Assembly: GCA_029548565.1 (NCBI GenBank)
Contig: JAKPNF010000036.1
Coordinates: 1-60,136 of the forward strand
Source: Verrucomicrobiota bacterium
GTDB lineage: Bacteria > Verrucomicrobiota > Verrucomicrobiia > Opitutales > JAKPNF01
Direction: 5' to 3'
Length of the DNA stretch: 60,136 bases
The notes under the pieces are model-generated. The model did no database searches. It saw only the letters and a program-made list of their open reading frames with translations, and was not told the DNA's origin. Each line of letters begins with the position of its first letter. The first letter of the stretch is position 1. This document shows positions 19,198 through 28,171 of the stretch, piece by piece. The position numbers and the translations under genes were made by a program.

Positions 19198-20102
19198 AGC
19201 GCTTGCGCGAGCAGGCGCGCCATTTTTATGGCGCTGGCGAAGGAATCGGGGCGCGCGGTATTTTTGCCCGCGATCTCGAAGGCGGTGCCGTGGTCGGGAC
19301 TGGTGCGGATGAAAGGCAGCCCCAGCGTGAGATTGGCGGCGGCGTCAAAATCCACAGCTTTTAGCGGGGCGAGTCCCTGGTCGTGGTACAAAGAGACGAT
19401 AACGTCGAACTGTCCTTCGAGTTGGCGTCGGAACACGGTGTCCGGCGGCAGGGCAGGCGAGAGATTTTTATACGTTTTTCGCAGCTCGTCCAGCACGGGG
19501 TTGATTAGAAGCTGTTCTTCCTGCCCGAGCAGGCCGTCCTCGCCCGCGTGGGGGTTGAGCCCGCACACGGCTATGCGCGGCGTTTTCGCACCGAGGGCGC
19601 GTGCCAAAAAATCGGCGCGTTCGATCGCCCGGCGCAGCGTTTCTTTTGTGATCGCCTGCGGCACATCGCGCAGCGGGATATGCCAGGTCGCCAGCACCAC
19701 GGCGAGCTTGCCGCCGGCGAAGGCCATCGTCGGCTCGCCTCCCCAGCGCGCGGCAAAAAATTCCGTCTGGCCGGGGAAATTAAAACCGATTTCGTTCATG
19801 CGGCTTTTGGAAATCGGGCCTGTGACGACAGCGCAAAAATCTCCGTTCGCGCAGCCTGCCGCGGCCACTTCGAGGGCGTCCCAGGCGACTTGCGCGCTTT
19901 GTTTGCTCGGCACACCGGGTGTCAGGTTATGCTCTTTTGGCCCCACGGCGATGCCGTCCATCTTTAACGAATCAAGCCACCGTTGCGGGCCTATCGGTAG
20001 CAGGTCGGCCGCTTCGTTACGGTGAGTTTCAAGCCATCGCAGGCACACCTGCGGGCCAACGCCGGCGCTGTCGCCGCAGGTGATGGCGATGCGCGGATTC
20101 AT
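19194..20102 (-). CDS. pdxA: 4-hydroxythreonine-4-phosphate dehydrogenase
   Basis: 302 aa. [17 protein letters not shown] and [16 protein letters not shown] are PdxA blocks. The start overlaps the lpxA stop by 4 nt. Confidence 0.88.
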   Translation of the reverse strand: MNPRIAITCGDSAGVGPQVCLRWLETHRNEAADLLPIGPQRWLDSLKMDGIAVGPKEHNLTPGVPSKQSAQVAWDALEVAAAGCANGDFCAVVTGPISKSRMNEIGFNFPGQTEFFAARWGGEPTMAFAGGKLAVVLATWHIPLRDVPQAITKETLRRAIERADFLARALGAKTPRIAVCGLNPHAGEDGLLGQEEQLLINPVLDELRKTYKNLSPALPPDTVFRRQLEGQFDVIVSLYHDQGLAPLKAVDFDAAANLTLGLPFIRTSPDHGTAFEIAGKNTARPDSFASAIKMARLLAQAL

Positions 20103-20908
20103 GCGGGCGATTCGTCGGTTCTGTGGCTTTGGTGTGTGGGGCGCAAAATGCCGTGGCGCTTCTCGACAAAAAACTGGAGGAATTTGCGCGCCGGCTCGGA
20201 GAGTTCCTCGTTTTTATCCAGCTCGGTCTGCGCGTATTTTGCCGGGGAGCCGACCACGCCGAAGACTTTGAAATAATAATTTTTGATCTGGCGAATGGTG
20301 CCGGTGTCAAACTTCCGGCGGCGCATGCCGATCAGGTTCAGCCCGTGCAGCGTGTTGCGGCTGGCGGCGTTGCAATAAGGCGGGATATCCATGCTCGTGC
20401 AGGAGTTGCCGCTGAGCATCACGCCCTCGCCCAGATGGCAGCCTTGGTGCACGACGGAGTTGCCGCTGATGAAGACATAGTCGTCGATATGCACGTGCCC
20501 GCCTATCAGCGCGCCATTGGCGAAGATGACGTGCGAGCCGACCACGCAGTCGTGGGCCACATGCGAGTTGGCCATGAGCATGCAGTTGTCCCCCATGCGC
20601 GTGGGGGCGCCCACTTGCGTCGCGCGGTGGACGGTCACGCCCTCGTGAAAAGTGCAGTTGTTGCCGACGACAACACCCGTTTTCAACGAGCGATCGAAGT
20701 TCAAATCCTGCGGCGAGCCGCCGACGGACACGAAATTTTCCGCGTGGAAGTTGTCGCCCAAAACGCTTCCGTTGTGCACGGCGACATTTCCTTCGAGGTG
20801 GCAATTGTCGCCGATGCGCACATCATCGTCGATGACGCAATAAGGGCCGATGTGCGCGTTTTTGCCGATGAGCGCTTTTTCTGAAACGATGGCGGTTGAA
20901 TGGATCAT
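20099..20908 (-). CDS. lpxA: acyl-ACP--UDP-N-acetylglucosamine O-acyltransferase
   Basis: 269 aa. N-terminal hexapeptide repeats (MIHSTAIVSEKALIGKNAHIGPYCVIDDDVRIGDNCHLEGNV...) are followed by the helical C-terminal domain typical of LpxA. Confidence 0.88.
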   Translation of the reverse strand: MIHSTAIVSEKALIGKNAHIGPYCVIDDDVRIGDNCHLEGNVAVHNGSVLGDNFHAENFVSVGGSPQDLNFDRSLKTGVVVGNNCTFHEGVTVHRATQVGAPTRMGDNCMLMANSHVAHDCVVGSHVIFANGALIGGHVHIDDYVFISGNSVVHQGCHLGEGVMLSGNSCTSMDIPPYCNAASRNTLHGLNLIGMRRRKFDTGTIRQIKNYYFKVFGVVGSPAKYAQTELDKNEELSEPARKFLQFFVEKRHGILRPTHQSHRTDESPA

Positions 20909-20912
20909 GGAG

Positions 20913-21539
20913 TTATTTTTTGCGGGAGAGAATGTCTGAAAAAAGTTCGAGCTGCGGCGGCTTGATCATGTCGTAGAGCTTGAGCAGGCGTATCATTTGC
21001 AGCGCGTCGGATTTTTGATAGGAGAGGTTTGTCTCCACGTGGCGCAGCAGGTTTTCCAAAATGGTGGGGAAGGAGATAATGGCGTCGACCCCGCGCGCCT
21101 TGAGCAGTTCGACCGTCTGGCCGCGCAAGGGCTCGGTGGCGGGCAGCCCGGGCAGCACGAGGATATGCGTGAGCGGTTCCTTGGATTTATCCTCGTCGTC
21201 CAATCCCGAGAAATAACCCTCCTTGGCGGCCTCGATGTCGGCCTGCAAAAAATCGGAAATTTTCGAGCCAGAGCGCAGCATGGAGGGCGTCATGCGCGAG
21301 GTGTGCCAGCCCTTGACGGCGACGACCGCGCGGGTGATCAGCGCCAACTCGTTGGAAAAAATTTGAAAGCCGGGCTTGCGCTCGGCCACCGGCGCGGGCG
21401 CGGGATTAAGCACAAGCAGGTCGATCTGCTCCTGCGCGCTTTTTTTGCGGGAGTGTACCTGGTATTTGTGCAGTTGGCGCACGAAAAACCCGTTCAACTC
21501 AAAGTACTCGCGCACCAAATTCTCGTCGAATCCGGCCAT
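20913..21539 (-). CDS. conserved-looking hypothetical protein at the head of the lpxA-pdxA operon
   Basis: 208 aa, ending 5 nt before the lpxA start. No signal peptide. See findings for a weak PD-(D/E)xK-like pattern. Confidence 0.55.
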   Translation of the reverse strand: MAGFDENLVREYFELNGFFVRQLHKYQVHSRKKSAQEQIDLLVLNPAPAPVAERKPGFQIFSNELALITRAVVAVKGWHTSRMTPSMLRSGSKISDFLQADIEAAKEGYFSGLDDEDKSKEPLTHILVLPGLPATEPLRGQTVELLKARGVDAIISFPTILENLLRHVETNLSYQKSDALQMIRLLKLYDMIKPPQLELFSDILSRKK

Positions 21540-21679
21540 GGTACAATAATGGCAGCTTTGAGGGGAAATGGCGAGGTTGTTTGTGGCGCCCGGCAGACGG
21601 CCGTCGGAGCGTGTGTGTTTTTATTTGACGAAATTCAGGCAAAGCGTATGGTATTGTTAATAATACAAAAATTTTTCTT

Positions 21680-22303
21680 ATGCCGGATCCGGTTTCAATT
21701 TTGACCCGCAGCCACCCGTGCCTGCAGCCGATACTCGGGCAGGTGCAGGCGGCCTTTGAGCTGCTAAACACTTCCTTTTCCAACGGGAAAAAACTCCTGC
21801 TATGCGGCAACGGCGGCAGCGCGGCGGACTGCGAGCACTGGGCGGGCGAGCTGCTCAAGGGGTTTGAGCGCGAGCGCCCACTGCCGGCCTCTATGCGCGG
21901 CGGTTTGGACGAGCCGTGGGTCGACAAACTGCAATGGGCGCTGCCCGCCATCCCGCTGCCAAGCATCACGGGTTACGGCTCGGCCTGGTGCAACGACGTG
22001 GATGCCTCCCTCGTCTACGCACAACTGGTGATAGCCCTGGGCGAGCCGGGAGATGTCTTGGCCGTCTTGAGTACTTCCGGAAATTCCAAAAACGCCCTGC
22101 TCGCCGCCCAAACCGCCCGCGCGCGCGGACTGAAAGTGCTCGCGCTTACCGGCCAAAGCGGCGGCGCCCTCGCCCCCTTGGCCGACGTGGCCATATGCGT
22201 GTCCGAGACAAACACCGCCCAAATCCAAGAACTTCATTTACCTGTGTACCACTGCATCTGTAGACTACTGGAAAACGCCTTCGCCCAAAAATGGGAGACT
22301 TAG
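21680..22303 (+). CDS. gmhA: SIS-domain sugar phosphate isomerase (GmhA-like D-sedoheptulose-7-phosphate isomerase)
   Basis: LLCGNGGSAADCEHWAGEL and VLSTSGNSKNALLAAQTARARGLKVLALTG are typical GmhA/DiaA SIS blocks. Confidence 0.7.
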   Translation: MPDPVSILTRSHPCLQPILGQVQAAFELLNTSFSNGKKLLLCGNGGSAADCEHWAGELLKGFERERPLPASMRGGLDEPWVDKLQWALPAIPLPSITGYGSAWCNDVDASLVYAQLVIALGEPGDVLAVLSTSGNSKNALLAAQTARARGLKVLALTGQSGGALAPLADVAICVSETNTAQIQELHLPVYHCICRLLENAFAQKWET

Positions 22304-22362
22304 GCCAACAAACACATTTCAGCCGCTTGCGAGCAATCAATCTCAACCAATAAAAAATTCTC

Positions 22363-25300
22363 ATGTCCGAAAAAATTTTGCCGTTTCCGCAACTTTTATA
22401 TCAACGCCTGCGCAGGGCGCTCAATCGCCTCGCGTTGGATTGCTGGCGCGATCCGGTGCCGCTGGTGGTCAAGCGCACCGTCTCGCGCAATGGCGAGTTC
22501 CCGCTGGCTCAAGCGAAAAAGTGCCCGCTTAAAAAAGTGGAGGTGCCGTGCACCTGGAAGGCGGACGGCTTTTCCACGACGTGGTTTAACGTTTCGCTGC
22601 CCAAGGGATTCAAATTGCGCCCGGGCGACCATATTCATTGGGACGACAACGCGGAGGCCACCGTCTACGCAGGTGGGCAGCCCGTTTTCGGGATCGACTG
22701 CACGCACCGCCAGTGGCCGTGGCCCAAGGGGCAAAAGGAATTGTGGGTTGAGAGCATTTTTTGCCAAAGCGGCATCTGGCACGCGCTGGCCAAAGGCATA
22801 GGCCCCGCCGGTTCGTTGCTGGCCAACGCGCGGATCGTGCGCAAGGACGAGGTTTCGTGGAAAGCGTATTTCGATCTGGAGGTACTCGCCGACTGGCTGG
22901 AGGAAGAACTGCGCCGCGCGCTGCCGCAGGAGGAGGTGGACAAGCTTACCATGGGCTCGCGGCCGTGGCCGGAGATCGACTCGGCCAGCGGCGCGATGAG
23001 CTCGCCCGACGGCGTGGGCACCGGCATCCCCAACCGTTATCGCCCGGAATTGAAAAAGCTCCCGCCGCTTCTGCGCTGCGTGTTCAAGGAATTGACGGAG
23101 GCGGTCGTTGTTTATTACGAAAGCGGCGCGGCCGCGCTGAGCAAGCGCCTGGAAAAAACGTACCAGCTTTTGCGCGAGCACGGCGACGTCGCACCCAAGG
23201 CCACGCTCATCGGCAACTCGCATCTGGACTTGGTGTGGCTGTGGCCGGAAAGCGTCGGCGAGAAAAAGGCCGTGCGCAATTGCTCGAGCGTTTTGAATCT
23301 TTTGGAGAATAACCCGGACTTCACGTTCTGTTATTCCCAACCGGCCAGTTACGAGGCGATCGCGCGCCGGCAGCCCAAGCTGTTCGGGCGCATCGAGCGG
23401 CAGATCCGCCGCGGCGCGTGGGAAGCTACCGGCGCCATGTATGTGGAGTCCGACATTCTGGTCGGCGCGGGCGAGGCGCTGCTGCGCTCGTTCACGGTGG
23501 GGCAGGCGGAGTTTGAAAAACTGCGCGGCACACCCAGCAAGGTTCTGTGGCTGCCGGATTGTTTCGGCTATCCGGGCTGCATGCCCGGGCTGATGAAGCT
23601 GGCGGGCGTCGAGGGATTTTTCACACAAAAAATTTCCTGGGACATGATTCACGAATTCCCGCACACCAGCTTTGTGTGGCGCGGCAACGACGGGGTCGAG
23701 GTGCTCGGCTACGTCAACTCCCACACGGTGTACAACAACCCCGCGCGCCCGCGCAACCTGCGCATAGAGGCCGAGTACGACCGCCAGATCGACACGTTTA
23801 AGGAGATCCTCATTCCCACGGGCTGGGGCGACGGTGCGGGCGGGCCGACGATCGACATCATCGAGCGCGTGCGCCGCCAGAAAAACCTGCGCAACCAACC
23901 CGCCGCGCGCTTTGGGCTGATCGAAGATTTTTACGACCGCATGGAAAAAGTGCGCGAGCAATTGCCGATCCACCAGGGCGAAGTTCCCTTGGCGGCGCAC
24001 CGCGGCACTTACTCGACCCACGGGATTGTGAAGTCCGCCTACCGTGAGTCCGAAAAAGGGCTGCGTGCGTGGGAGGCCGCTCATGCGTTGGCAGGCTTGG
24101 GCGCGATCGACCGGCACGCGTGGAAGCGCCTTATCTTTTCGCAATTCCACGACTGCTTGCCCGGCGCCTCGATTCTCGACGCGTACGACGAGATCATCCC
24201 CGAGATGCTCTCCACCGCCGCCAAAGGACAGACAGGCGCGCGCAAGGCGCTCGACAAGCGCGCCAAAACGCAGACACTGTTCAACCCGCTGCCGTTGCCG
24301 CTGCCCACGGTATATAAAAACAAGCTCGTCGTGCTGCCGCCGCTTTCAATCAGCGACCCGAAAAAACTGCCCGCGCTCAAGTGCGAGCCGCTGAAAATTT
24401 CGGCCAGACATCTGGGCAACGAACGCGTGGACGCGCGCTTTGATGCGCGCGGGAATTTCATTTCGCTGACGGTCGACAACAAGCCCGTCTTCACCCGCGC
24501 GCCGCGCCCCGTTGTTTATAACGACGTGCCCTACGACCACGAGGCATGGGAGATCGACCGCGACGCCCTTTACAACGGCCAGCCGCTCCAACTACTAGGC
24601 TTGGGCAAACCCGAATCCGGCGAAGGCTGGGTGGGATTGCGCCAAAAATGGCGCACGGCCAAAGGCTCGACCGTCGACATCCTGTGGCGTGTGCGCCAAG
24701 GCGCCAACGTGATCGAGGCGCAGGTGGACATGGATTGGAAGGAGCACGAAAAACTTTTGCGCTTTGAAGTGCCGAGCGCTTATCGCGGGCAAAGCGCCTT
24801 GTTCGCCGCGCCCTTTGGCGGCCAATGGCGCCCGCAGACAAGCGGCGATTCCAGAGCGGCCAGCTTGTGGGAAGCGCCCGCCAACCGCTGGGTGCTCGCC
24901 TCCAACGACGGCCGGCGCGAGGGCGCCTTCATCGTGGCGGAAAGCAAGTACGGTTTCACCTGCCACGACGGGTTGCTGAGCGTCACGCTGCTGAAGTCCG
25001 CCAAGATCACGGTCACCAACGCCTTCCCCGCGTCCTTCAACCTGCGCAAGCAAGAACCGAAGTGGTCGGACTTGGGCAGGCAGACTGTTCAGATGGCGCT
25101 GGGTCGTTTGGACGAGAACAGCCCGCGTGCGGAACACCCCGGCGCGCTGGCCGAAACGCTGTTCGCCCAACCGTTGCGCGTGAACGCGCCCGAGATGGCT
25201 CTGCCGGTGGCGATCGAGGGGCTGCCCTCGCTTGTCCCCGTGTGGACGGTGCCGCTGGGCAAAGACCATTTTGTGCTGCGCTTGCACGAAACAATCGGCC

Positions 25301-25452
25301 GCGAAGGCACCATCCGCCTGCCGCAAACACGCGGCTGGAAAGTACGCCGCATAGACAGGGCCTTCCCGCAACAACACGCCGGAAAGACAGTGCGTGGTGA
25401 GATTGCCGTCGGCCCCTTTGAAATCGTGAGCTTGGAGTTTTCAAAAAACTAA
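22363..25452 (+). CDS. glycoside hydrolase family 38 alpha-mannosidase
   Basis: 1029 aa. GNSHLDLVWLWP is the GH38 metal-binding motif. WLPDCFGY and the QFHDCLPG region also fit GH38. No signal peptide seen. Confidence 0.85.
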   Translation: MSEKILPFPQLLYQRLRRALNRLALDCWRDPVPLVVKRTVSRNGEFPLAQAKKCPLKKVEVPCTWKADGFSTTWFNVSLPKGFKLRPGDHIHWDDNAEATVYAGGQPVFGIDCTHRQWPWPKGQKELWVESIFCQSGIWHALAKGIGPAGSLLANARIVRKDEVSWKAYFDLEVLADWLEEELRRALPQEEVDKLTMGSRPWPEIDSASGAMSSPDGVGTGIPNRYRPELKKLPPLLRCVFKELTEAVVVYYESGAAALSKRLEKTYQLLREHGDVAPKATLIGNSHLDLVWLWPESVGEKKAVRNCSSVLNLLENNPDFTFCYSQPASYEAIARRQPKLFGRIERQIRRGAWEATGAMYVESDILVGAGEALLRSFTVGQAEFEKLRGTPSKVLWLPDCFGYPGCMPGLMKLAGVEGFFTQKISWDMIHEFPHTSFVWRGNDGVEVLGYVNSHTVYNNPARPRNLRIEAEYDRQIDTFKEILIPTGWGDGAGGPTIDIIERVRRQKNLRNQPAARFGLIEDFYDRMEKVREQLPIHQGEVPLAAHRGTYSTHGIVKSAYRESEKGLRAWEAAHALAGLGAIDRHAWKRLIFSQFHDCLPGASILDAYDEIIPEMLSTAAKGQTGARKALDKRAKTQTLFNPLPLPLPTVYKNKLVVLPPLSISDPKKLPALKCEPLKISARHLGNERVDARFDARGNFISLTVDNKPVFTRAPRPVVYNDVPYDHEAWEIDRDALYNGQPLQLLGLGKPESGEGWVGLRQKWRTAKGSTVDILWRVRQGANVIEAQVDMDWKEHEKLLRFEVPSAYRGQSALFAAPFGGQWRPQTSGDSRAASLWEAPANRWVLASNDGRREGAFIVAESKYGFTCHDGLLSVTLLKSAKITVTNAFPASFNLRKQEPKWSDLGRQTVQMALGRLDENSPRAEHPGALAETLFAQPLRVNAPEMALPVAIEGLPSLVPVWTVPLGKDHFVLRLHETIGREGTIRLPQTRGWKVRRIDRAFPQQHAGKTVRGEIAVGPFEIVSLEFSKN

Positions 25453-25474
25453 AAACTCATATCGATTCAAAATT

Positions 25475-25557
25475 CGTCCTGCGCCAGCCAAAACATAATA
25501 AAATTTTTTTGGAAGGGGTGCGGGGAAGCCTTTTTTTATAAAAAAAGGTTTCCCCGC
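25475..25557 (+). repeat. intergenic hairpin repeat, copy B
   Basis: Sequence cgtcctgcgccagccaaaacataataaaatttttttggaaggggtgcggggaagcctttttttataaaaaaaggtttccccgc. The near-perfect long hairpin is gcggggaagccttttttt / aaaaaaaggtttccccgc. Confidence 0.75.
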
Positions 25558-25643
25558 ATTTTCCATCTTCTTTCTTTTCCTTCCCCTTTTTCCTCAAAGA
25601 TTCGAGTTGCGGGGCTGCGGGGTTGTTGCATTAATTGTATTAT

Positions 25644-26795
25644 ATGGCACAACGAAAAGACAAAAGCATGCTCGACTTGCTTCCGCGCTACCAGCAGGTG
25701 CGCATGCAGTTGGAGGAGTTGCTCTCGCAGATGGACTTGGGCAGCAAGATTCCGACCGAGCATGAGATTGTCGAAAAATACGGGGTCAGCCGCGTCACGG
25801 CGCGCATGGCGCTTAGCTCGCTGCGCGAGGACGGCACGATAAAATCCTATCCGCGCCGCGGCACGTTTTTGGCGAAGAAAGTCACGCCGTCCGTTGCTTC
25901 GGGGAAGAAGTCGAACTTCATCGGCGTGGTGGTGCCCACCACGCAGGGACTGCTCTCGGAGATTGTGCGCGCGCTGGAGGCGCAGGCGGCCAAGCAGGGT
26001 TACCACATGGTCTTGGCCTACGATCACAACGACCCGAAAATCCAGGCCAAACAAATCCGCAACGTGCTTTCCGCGAATGTCGGCGGCCTGATCATTTATC
26101 CCGACCGCGAGGCTACCGAGCGCACCGACTTTTTGAAAACACTCGGCAGTCTCGAGCGCAAGGGCACGCCGGTCGTGCTGTTGGACCGCTACGTGCCGGG
26201 CTTTGATCTGCCCTGCGTGATGACGGACAATATCCGCGGCATGTACGAGGCGACCGAGCACCTGATCTGCTGCGGGCGCCGGCGTCTGGCGCTCATCGGC
26301 TTTTGGGAGAGCAATACCGTGCATCAGGACCGCCACAAGGGTTTTATGGACGCGCTGCAGGCCGCGGGTATCCGCAAGCCCGTCTGCCAGGCCAACACCG
26401 GCACGCAGCCGTTTGACCGCGCGGCCTACGAGATTGTTTCGAAATGGATCAAGGCCGCGCAAGGCAAACCGCTGCCCTTTGACAGCATCGTGTGCATGAA
26501 CGACATCATCGCCCACGGGGCGTTCACCGCGCTGCGCGACGCGGGCATAACGGTGCCCGATCAGGTGGCTTTGATTGGTTATGATAACATGGACTCCGCC
26601 TTTTTCCGCACGCGCGGGCTTAATTTGACAAGCGTCGAGCAACCGCTGGCGCAAATGGGAGCGGCCGCCGTCGAGATGCTGGTGGAAGGCATACAGGGCA
26701 AACGCAAGGGGCGCATGAACCGCCACCAACTGCTTTCCCCCCGGCTGATCGTGCGCAGCTCCTGCGGCGAGGAGACGAGCCAAAACTGTCACTGA
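25644..26795 (+). CDS. transcriptional regulator: GntR-type winged-helix N-terminus fused to a LacI/PBP-type sugar-binding domain
   Basis: LPRYQQVRMQLEELL...KIPTEHEIVEKYGVSRVTARMALSSLREDG is a GntR HTH. FIGVVVPTTQGLLSEIVRALE...GLIIYP and ALIGYDN are the periplasmic-binding-protein fold. The ORF opens at TTG 25635; ATGs lie at 25644 and 25668. Confidence 0.8.
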   Translation: MAQRKDKSMLDLLPRYQQVRMQLEELLSQMDLGSKIPTEHEIVEKYGVSRVTARMALSSLREDGTIKSYPRRGTFLAKKVTPSVASGKKSNFIGVVVPTTQGLLSEIVRALEAQAAKQGYHMVLAYDHNDPKIQAKQIRNVLSANVGGLIIYPDREATERTDFLKTLGSLERKGTPVVLLDRYVPGFDLPCVMTDNIRGMYEATEHLICCGRRRLALIGFWESNTVHQDRHKGFMDALQAAGIRKPVCQANTGTQPFDRAAYEIVSKWIKAAQGKPLPFDSIVCMNDIIAHGAFTALRDAGITVPDQVALIGYDNMDSAFFRTRGLNLTSVEQPLAQMGAAAVEMLVEGIQGKRKGRMNRHQLLSPRLIVRSSCGEETSQNCH

Positions 26796-26854
26796 GTGGT
26801 TTGGAAGATCGGGCACGGGCAAAATAAAAAGTTGACGCGGGCGCGGCGAGAGTA

Positions 26855-26889
26855 TTATTTGTATTAAAATAAAATCAAATAGATACAAA
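26855..26889 (+). promoter_or_regulatory. candidate operator/promoter element upstream of the ROK kinase gene
   Basis: The 13-mer ttatttgtattaa (26855..26867) is identical to 28003..28015. The inverted repeat is tttgtat (26858..26864) / atacaaa (26883..26889). A TTGACG (26832..26837) and TATTAT (26853..26858) pair lies just upstream, with a short spacer of 15 nt. Confidence 0.3.
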
Positions 26890-26974
26890 ACCAAGACAAT
26901 GATGGCTCTCCCGATTTTTCAGCGCGCTGTGCGTGTGCAAGCTCGGAGCAGGGCTTAGCAGATTTTTTTTTATC

Positions 26975-27961
26975 ATGGCGCAACAAGAACTTTATCTGGG
27001 CTGGGATGTGGGCGGGACGAAGTCGGCCGCGATCGTGGGCACGGCGCAGGGGGAAATTCTTGCTCGTAAGCAATGGCCCTCCCAGGCTCATATGGGGCAC
27101 GAACACATGTTGCAGCAGTTTTTGCTGCACGCGCGGCTGCTGCTGAAATGTTTTCCCGATGTGGGCGCCTTGGGCGTGAGCATTGGCGGGCCGCTTAACA
27201 CGATCACCGGTGTTATTTACTCGCCGCCGCATCTGCTCGGGTGGGATGCCGTGCCGCTGAAGGGCAAGCTCGCTGAAATTTTTGGCCTGCCGGTCGTCGT
27301 CGAGCACGACGCGATCGCCTGTTTGCAGGCCGAGATGCTTTGGGGTGCCGCCCGCGGCTGCACTCATGCCGCTTACCTGACGGCGGGCACCGGCTGCGGG
27401 GCGGGTGTGTTGTGCGCGGGGCAGATTGTTCGCGGCCCGCAGGGGCAATCGCCCGAAATCGGCCACATCCGCTTGGCGGAAGACGGGCCGGATGTGTATG
27501 GCAAGCGCGGGTGCGTCGAATCGTTTTGCTCGGGCGAGGGCGTGACGCTGCTGGCGCAGGAGCGCTTCCCGAAAAAATTCGGATCGCGCACCGATTTGTT
27601 CGAGATCGAGCGCTCTGCGCGTGCGAACGAGCCGGAGGGCGTGGCGGTGGTGAAAGAGTCCGGCCATTATCTGGGGCGCGTGTGCGCCATGCTGTGCGAT
27701 ATGTTTTATCCGCAAAAAATTGTGATCGGTTCGATGGCGCGCTACCTGCCGGAAATTTGGCTCGAGCAGGCGCGTGCGCAACTGCGACAGGAAATCATGC
27801 GCCCGCAAGACGGAGTTTGGCCGCAGATAGTGCCGGCGCAGTGCGCCGAGCGGCTGCAAGATCTTTCGACGCTGGCTCCTTGTGTATGCGCGCAGCAAAA
27901 AAATCGTGATTATTCGGCAAAATTTCCGGATCTGCACCGGATTGACACCGTGTTGCGCTAA
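26975..27961 (+). CDS. ROK-family sugar kinase
   Basis: ATG 26975 gives MAQQELYLGWDVGGTKSAAIVG, the ROK ATP-binding N-terminus. CGAG...GQSPEIGHIRL...GKRGCVESFCSGEG is the ROK Zn/Cys motif region. Confidence 0.8.
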   Translation: MAQQELYLGWDVGGTKSAAIVGTAQGEILARKQWPSQAHMGHEHMLQQFLLHARLLLKCFPDVGALGVSIGGPLNTITGVIYSPPHLLGWDAVPLKGKLAEIFGLPVVVEHDAIACLQAEMLWGAARGCTHAAYLTAGTGCGAGVLCAGQIVRGPQGQSPEIGHIRLAEDGPDVYGKRGCVESFCSGEGVTLLAQERFPKKFGSRTDLFEIERSARANEPEGVAVVKESGHYLGRVCAMLCDMFYPQKIVIGSMARYLPEIWLEQARAQLRQEIMRPQDGVWPQIVPAQCAERLQDLSTLAPCVCAQQKNRDYSAKFPDLHRIDTVLR

Positions 27962-28002
27962 CGATGAGTCTGTCATAATGCAATAACCTCTTATTCGCCC
28001 GC

Positions 28003-28015
28003 TTATTTGTATTAA
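28003..28015 (+). promoter_or_regulatory. second copy of the 13-mer ttatttgtattaa, upstream of the giant PEP-CTERM gene
   Basis: Exact match to 26855..26867. It lies in the AT-rich 210-nt leader between the ROK gene and ATG 28172. Confidence 0.3.
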
Positions 28016-28171
28016 CTAAAATATATAATAAATAAAACTTTAACCCCATGATTATAAGCGAATTTAATATTTTTGAAAAAAAAGTTTATTGACATAAAAA
28101 TAAAAGTATCGCAGTCTGTACAATATCAAAAAAATTCTGCTTCTTTTTAAACCCCAACCGCCGAAAATCCT

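Noticed and set aside
22396-24150. Long antisense ORFs inside well-supported genes: 22396..24150(-), 46510..47787(-), 5768..7312(+), 7582..8712(+), 25536..26894(-), 26864..27976(-), 29720..30832(-), 31280..32305(-), 13579..14517(-), 11308..12312(-), 36518..37582(-), 38174..39538(+).
   Set aside because: They are mirror-frame shadows typical of GC-rich coding DNA. Their translations are Arg/Ala/Gly/His-rich with no motifs, while the opposite strand encodes recognisable proteins (GH38, DeoA, PEP-CTERM proteins, regulator, ROK, LpxB, SGNH hydrolase, SSS transporter, UvrC).
28089-28124. TTGACA (28089..28094) and TACAAT (28119..28124) as a sigma-70 promoter for the giant gene.
   Set aside because: The spacer is 24 nt, far from the 16-18 nt optimum. 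It is kept only as a note, and the true promoter consensus of this lineage is unknown to me.
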